A stretch of DNA of 64,000 bases, taken from NCBI GenBank assembly GCA_964359785.1, contig CAYHWL010000001.1:2422-66421 (forward strand), in the 5' to 3' direction. Below, piece after piece: positions 59,027 to 64,000 of the stretch. The number at the start of each line of letters is the position of its first letter. The stretch's first letter is position 1. This stretch comes from an uncultured Methanosarcinales archaeon (lineage in GTDB: Archaea > Nanobdellota > Nanobdellia > Woesearchaeales > JAGWAF01). The notes under the pieces were generated by a model. The model had not been told where the DNA came from. It searched no databases and saw only the letters and a program-made list of their open reading frames with translations. Made by a program: the position numbers and the translations under genes.

Positions 59027-59938
59027 TTATTTTATTCTAGTCCTCGAATTGATCCATGGATACTCTTTTTGTATCTCATAGATGAAATTCGTATGTTTAT
59101 GCACCCCAAGTTCACTTATTATTCCTTTTATGAGTGATGGGTTGATCATCTCAAAAGCGGGATTGACGATTTCGACCCCTCTGGGAGCGGCATCCCACAC
59201 TTCTTTTGGGTCTCTATCTTCGATTGGTGTCTGGTTTCCATGTAATGATCTTGGATCGAATTTCAATGAATGTGTGACGATATAAATGGGTTTGCCAAAC
59301 CTATACGCGCACTCGCAAGCTAATTCTGACCCTATCTTATTTATCACCGCAGTTGGAGTGATAGCATCGCATCCGATAAGCACATAATCACATTCCTTTA
59401 TCGCCAGTCTCATGGCGCTGTCTACATGATGTTTGACAGGTATGCCATGTTTCGCCAGCTCTGCGGCCGTGATTCTTCCCTGGAATAAAGGTCGAGTCTC
59501 GGTGTTATACACAGAGATCGACTTTCCTTTGTTCTTGGCGTCGATCAATGCTCTAGTGACCGTCCCGCTGTGGCAATGTGTATAGATTGTGCAAGGACTT
59601 TTGAGTGTTCCATAAGTCATATGAGAGATATATTCCTTATGTGTCTCAAGTTTATTTTTCAATTCCAAGATCCGTGATAAGATATGGTTCTTATATGTGC
59701 TAATAGTCCCAGACGGCTCCTCTGCCAGCACGTAATTGCACAGGTTGAATAACATGGGCTCTGTCGGACGAGCTCCTAGAAGCTTGTGTGATTCGATTAA
59801 CAATTCTGTGCTCAAAAGATTCGCGCTCTTGACTTTGCTCTTCAAAGCCGTCTCTTTTAGATGCGCCAAACCGGCAGTGGCTATTTTTTCTGCGCCCTGG
59901 ATCTTTATTTGTGAGATCCGCTCTATGGTGTTTTTCAT
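59027..59938 (-). CDS. ribose-1,5-bisphosphate isomerase (eIF2B-like fold)
   Basis: KIQGA, RPTEP, THCHS, ETRP..QG, GCDAI, NKIG, NPAF. Confidence 0.85.
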   Translation of the reverse strand: MKNTIERISQIKIQGAEKIATAGLAHLKETALKSKVKSANLLSTELLIESHKLLGARPTEPMLFNLCNYVLAEEPSGTISTYKNHILSRILELKNKLETHKEYISHMTYGTLKSPCTIYTHCHSGTVTRALIDAKNKGKSISVYNTETRPLFQGRITAAELAKHGIPVKHHVDSAMRLAIKECDYVLIGCDAITPTAVINKIGSELACECAYRFGKPIYIVTHSLKFDPRSLHGNQTPIEDRDPKEVWDAAPRGVEIVNPAFEMINPSLIKGIISELGVHKHTNFIYEIQKEYPWINSRTRIK

Positions 59939-60145
59939 CTATCGCTTTCGCTTCTTGGACACTGAGCGCTCGATGCGCACTTCCTCACGCAATATTCGTT
60001 CAGTGATCTTCTCGACATGCATCTCCATCCTTGCGACTCGCCGCTCCATGAGCACAAGTACGCGTAACGAGTACACAATTGCCAAGAGCGTGCCTATGAT
60101 TACAGCCAAAGTCAATCGTAATATGTTTTCATTGTAGTCTACCAT
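59939..60145 (-). CDS. small single-TM coiled-coil protein
   Basis: TM helix then heptads; GAGGTGA SD upstream. Confidence 0.7.
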   Translation of the reverse strand: MVDYNENILRLTLAVIIGTLLAIVYSLRVLVLMERRVARMEMHVEKITERILREEVRIERSVSKKRKR

Positions 60146-60278
60146 TCCATCTCACCTCGATTTGTCGTCTGGGGTTATCCATTTGACCCGGTAACCATGT
60201 ATTTAAATGTTGGTTTTACGAAAATTCCAAAATTGATGTGGAAAGATAGAAAAAATATGGATGGGGAACTATCCAGAT

Positions 60279-61058
60279 TCAGTACTTCAAAAATGATTTC
60301 TCGAGAGATTGCGCAAAGTATGGGCTATTGACCCAAATCCCCACATCATAGCTTGGATGGGTCGTTTTATCAGACATTAGCATAAAAAGCACTTCTTTGC
60401 CATCCACGATCAAATATCTTCCCAATAGTTCTGATGTGTTTTTGACATTCGCGAATTCTCGGAGTGTTTCGACAGATTTTTGCGTGTGTTTGTTCACTGG
60501 CGCAAGGACTGTGATTGATACCCCTTTGTTTTTAGATTTGGAAAAGACGCCTTTTAGAGTTTCTGACTTTCGATTGATGCCATCTTCAGTGGTCACCAGG
60601 ATGACTGATTTCTCTGCATGCTTTAGCATGCTTTCTATATGATCGATTATATTTGACCTTCCTTTGATTGCACCTGTAAGTTCAGCAGGTTCAACCATCT
60701 CAATGCCCTTAGAATGGAGTAATTGAAGTTCTGAGAGGATATCTGACCCTTTTAATCCTTCGATTAGTTTGGATTGTTTCTGGGCGTCTTCAATCACTTT
60801 TTTTTGCACTCTTTCTATGACCGCGCTTGGAGGCACTGCGATATATTTGATTGGTTTGCCCAATTTTGTGATGATAAAACCTTTTCTTTCAAGGCTTTCG
60901 AGGACATCGTATGATCTTGATCTTGGGACATTGGCTATATCTGATAATTCCCCTGCACTTGATACTCCTCGTGAGAGCAATGCGGTCCAGAGTTTACTTT
61001 CGTAGCTGTTAAGGCCAAAATCTTTGAGTTTGTGCAAGAATTCTTTCTGAACAATCAT
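60279..61058 (-). CDS. TrmB family transcriptional regulator (paralog of 41345-42151)
   Basis: start MIVQKEFL; VPRSRSYDVLESLE, KLGKPIKYIAV, YDVGIWVN. Confidence 0.9.
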   Translation of the reverse strand: MIVQKEFLHKLKDFGLNSYESKLWTALLSRGVSSAGELSDIANVPRSRSYDVLESLERKGFIITKLGKPIKYIAVPPSAVIERVQKKVIEDAQKQSKLIEGLKGSDILSELQLLHSKGIEMVEPAELTGAIKGRSNIIDHIESMLKHAEKSVILVTTEDGINRKSETLKGVFSKSKNKGVSITVLAPVNKHTQKSVETLREFANVKNTSELLGRYLIVDGKEVLFMLMSDKTTHPSYDVGIWVNSPYFAQSLEKSFLKY

Positions 61059-61167
61059 GATTTTTCCTCCATTTGTGGGCTGTCGTGGGGAAAGGCGAAT
61101 AGTATATAAATATGAGCGAAAGTTGTTATTAGAGAGTAGCAAAAACATCATAAGCAATGGATCTGCC

Positions 61168-61428
61168 ACCCCTTCATTTCCTCTGCAAACCCACCCACAT
61201 CCAAATCACAGATTTCATACGTTTCTTGATGAAAACTAAGAGATTCCTTATTTTAAAGAAAAGAGTTAGGCACTATTTATTTATTATTATATAGAAAAGA
61301 TATATATATAATATAATATATCGTCAATATCCAATAGAAATCCCAAAAAACGCCTATATCGCGTTCTTTTAGCCAAAATTTCAATCCACCCGTTCGAAAA
61401 ACCCATTTTCCATCGGAAACGATGGGGT
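61168..61428. other. chromosomal replication origin (oriC)
   Basis: inverted ORB boxes TTTGCAGAGGAAATGAAGGGGT (minus, 61168-61189) and TTTCCATCGGAAACGATGGGGT (plus, 61407-61428) flank an AT-rich tract at about 61275-61321, directly upstream of cdc6. Confidence 0.88.
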
Positions 61429-61503
61429 CTCCCTTTCAAACTCTCAAAACGAAATACATTAAAACCTCCTCTTCACTTGGAACTGTATTAGAGGGGTGGA
61501 TAG

Positions 61504-62715
61504 ATGGCAAAATCAGTAGATAATATCTTCGAGCAATTCTTAGCAAGCAAATCTCTGTTCAAGAATAAGAGGGTGCTGCAGGCTAATTATACTCCCACTA
61601 CAATCGCTCATAGGGAAGATGAGATCTCATTGATAGCAAAGACGCTTGCTCCTGCGTTGAAATGTGATCGGCCCTCAAATCTCTTCATCTATGGTAAGAC
61701 TGGGACAGGCAAGACCGTCTCTGTTAGATACGTCGTCAACTCTCTCAAGCAGATTGCCCAGGAGAAGAATATTCCGCTAAAGCCAATATACATCAATTGC
61801 AAACTCAAGAAAGTGGCAGACACAGAGTATCGTATCATCGCGCAGATCGCGCGGGAATTTGGTAAGGATATTCCTGCCACAGGTTTGCCTACAGAGGAGA
61901 TCTACAATATCTTCTATCAAGTCTTAGACGAGAAAGCGCAGATAGTCCTTCTCGTATTAGATGAGATTGATCAGCTGGTCCAAAAGACAGGTGATGAGAT
62001 CCTCTACAATCTGACCAGGCTAAATACCGAATTGCATCAGGCGCAGATCTGCCTTGTGGGGATCTCAAATGATGTGACATTCACCGATACTCTTGATCCA
62101 AGAGTGAAGTCCAGCTTGAGTGAGGAGGAGATGATTTTTCCGCCATATAACGCGACTCAGCTTCAGAAGATTCTTGAGAATCGTGCGAAGGATGCTTTCA
62201 ATGACGACTCTATTGAGAATGGCGTTTTGGAGAAATGCGCCGCCTTCGCAGCGCGTGAGCATGGCGATGCCCGTAGGGCTCTTGAGCTTCTTCGAGTCGC
62301 TGGAGAATTGGCTGAAAGAGATAATGTGCCAAAAGTGGCGGTTAGCCATCTTGATCTTGCGGAGGATAAGATCGAACGTGATCGTATTGTGGATATTGTA
62401 GCTGCGCAACCTAAGCAATTCCAGGTCGCTTTATTTGTCATTTTGAGACTCTATGAGAGGCGCAAGGAGATGCTGTTCACAGGCGAGGTCTATGAGAATT
62501 ACAAGAATCTTTGTCAGAAAGTGCAATTGCGTCCTCTCACTCAAAGAAGGATATCTGATATCATCCAGGAGATGGATATGCTTGGTATCATTAATGCAAA
62601 GATAGTCTCTAAAGGAAGATATGGCAGGTCAAGAGATATCAAGGTCTCTCTTCCTATTTCAGTAGTGGAGAATATTCTTACCACCCTTGATGAGAAACTG
62701 GGGGTGGAACTATAA
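61504..62715 (+). CDS. cdc6: Orc1/Cdc6 replication initiator
   Basis: YGKTGTGKT, YINC, VLDEID, LDPRVKSSL, FPPY, HGDARRAL, SKGRYGR. Confidence 0.97.
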   Translation: MAKSVDNIFEQFLASKSLFKNKRVLQANYTPTTIAHREDEISLIAKTLAPALKCDRPSNLFIYGKTGTGKTVSVRYVVNSLKQIAQEKNIPLKPIYINCKLKKVADTEYRIIAQIAREFGKDIPATGLPTEEIYNIFYQVLDEKAQIVLLVLDEIDQLVQKTGDEILYNLTRLNTELHQAQICLVGISNDVTFTDTLDPRVKSSLSEEEMIFPPYNATQLQKILENRAKDAFNDDSIENGVLEKCAAFAAREHGDARRALELLRVAGELAERDNVPKVAVSHLDLAEDKIERDRIVDIVAAQPKQFQVALFVILRLYERRKEMLFTGEVYENYKNLCQKVQLRPLTQRRISDIIQEMDMLGIINAKIVSKGRYGRSRDIKVSLPISVVENILTTLDEKLGVEL

Positions 62716-62720
62716 CTGAT

Positions 62721-64000
62721 GTGATCGCTAGCAAAAAATTGATTGTGGAGTATTGTATGCGCAATAGCATTCTGCTTCCTTTTGATACTTTCGAGGCCCT
62801 CGAAGAAGGTGAGGTAGTGTCCTTGAGAAGCGCGACTCTGGCGCCGCCTTCGACTTTTCAGGAGCGTCTTGCTTCGATTCTAGGTGAACGCTCCCAAAGG
62901 TTGGCTAGGCTCTCCTCTCCTCTTATCCAGCCAAAGATGGAGGGTGTCAAGGTGTTATCGACTTATCAGGAGGAGCCAAAGAAAAGGTCCTATCAGGATT
63001 TTGTCGCTTTCTTCAATAGCAGGTATTATGCTTTGGAGAAGATCCTTCGTAACCGTCAGGAGCTTTCAGGTGTCATCAGTATTGGTAGGGTAGCAGGCAA
63101 GAAAGATCGTGAGAACGTTGCTATCATTGGCATAATCTCCAGTAAATCCACTACAAAAAATGGCAATATCATCCTCAAATTGGAGGATCCTACCGGTGAG
63201 ATCAATGTTTTATTCTCTCTTAAGCGTGTTGATATGTTCGCGTTAGCCAAGGATCTCGTATTGGATGAGGTTATCGGCATCACAGGTCAATTCTCCGAGT
63301 CGCCCGAATCAAAGGGCAAGTGGGTTATGGCAAATAACGTCTTGTTCCCTGATATCCCTCTGACAAAAGAGCTCAAAAAATCTCCGGAGGAGGGTTATGC
63401 TATTTTTCTCTCGGATCTTCATATAGGCTCTAAAGAATTTTTGGAGGAGAATTTCATAAAGATGATCAAGTGGATAGCCGGTGAGCTTGGCAGCGAATCT
63501 CAAAAGGATATAGCCAAGAGGATCAAGTATGTTTTCATCGCAGGTGATTTGGTTGAAGGCATTGGGATCTATCAAGGTCAGGAGAATTCTCTTGCGATTC
63601 GGGATATTTTCAAGCAGTATGATCGTTGCGCGGAGCTCCTCTCAAATATCCCTGATCATATCCCTTTAGTGATCTGTCCTGGCAATCATGATGCTTTGAG
63701 GATCACTGAGCCTCAGCCTGCTTTGTATAAGGATTTCTCCAAGGCGATGTGGGATCTCAAGAATGTCTATCTTCTCTCGAATCCTTGCATGGTGAATATC
63801 GACTCAAGTGATGTGTTTCCAGGTTTTGACGTGCTGATGTATCATGGCTATAGCTTCGATTACTATGCCGCAAATGTGGACTCCATCCGTCAGAATGGGG
63901 GTTATGACCGTGCTGATCTTATCATGAAATTCCTCCTTCAGAGGAGGCACTTGGCTCCGACTCATACTAGTACGCAGTATCTGCCTGATACTAGGAGGGA
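62721..64000 (+). CDS. polD1: DNA polymerase D small (proofreading) subunit DP1, 3' truncated by window
   Basis: open from GTG 62721 to window end; LEDPTG OB fold, SDLHIGS, AGDLVEG, PGNHDA, YHG.SFD, RRHLAP. Confidence 0.93.
   Translation, partial: MIASKKLIVEYCMRNSILLPFDTFEALEEGEVVSLRSATLAPPSTFQERLASILGERSQRLARLSSPLIQPKMEGVKVLSTYQEEPKKRSYQDFVAFFNSRYYALEKILRNRQELSGVISIGRVAGKKDRENVAIIGIISSKSTTKNGNIILKLEDPTGEINVLFSLKRVDMFALAKDLVLDEVIGITGQFSESPESKGKWVMANNVLFPDIPLTKELKKSPEEGYAIFLSDLHIGSKEFLEENFIKMIKWIAGELGSESQKDIAKRIKYVFIAGDLVEGIGIYQGQENSLAIRDIFKQYDRCAELLSNIPDHIPLVICPGNHDALRITEPQPALYKDFSKAMWDLKNVYLLSNPCMVNIDSSDVFPGFDVLMYHGYSFDYYAANVDSIRQNGGYDRADLIMKFLLQRRHLAPTHTSTQYLPDTRR

Overview
Gene-dense archaeal chromosome segment, most consistent with a DPANN lineage such as Woesearchaeota/Pacearchaeota (archaeal information genes, short intergenic gaps, TTTATA boxes about 25 nt before start codons, ATGA overlaps). 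The left 27 kb is a minus-strand surface-apparatus region with about 18 class III (prepilin-type) signal peptide genes, three tiny ORFs missed by the ORF track, a 1989-aa adhesin-like protein and a 972-codon gene broken by one in-frame TGA. Two adjacent pilin-like proteins end in bacterial cell-wall enzyme folds (an Amidase_3 with all catalytic residues and an M15-like Zn-peptidase fold), and a third carries a Gly-rich hydrophobic hairpin. This is the best candidate for an undescribed pilus-borne system acting on bacterial walls. The middle holds an atypical His-Xaa-Ser radical SAM locus, an A24 prepilin peptidase, tRNA thiolation genes, rpl34e/rpl14e, pheST and an intact IS66-family element. 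A structured non-coding element of about 160 bp occurs twice (27.1 kb and 47.4 kb). The right end is housekeeping genes and a replication origin with inverted ORB boxes ahead of cdc6/orc1 and the PolD small subunit. All calls come from reading motifs by eye; no database search was run.
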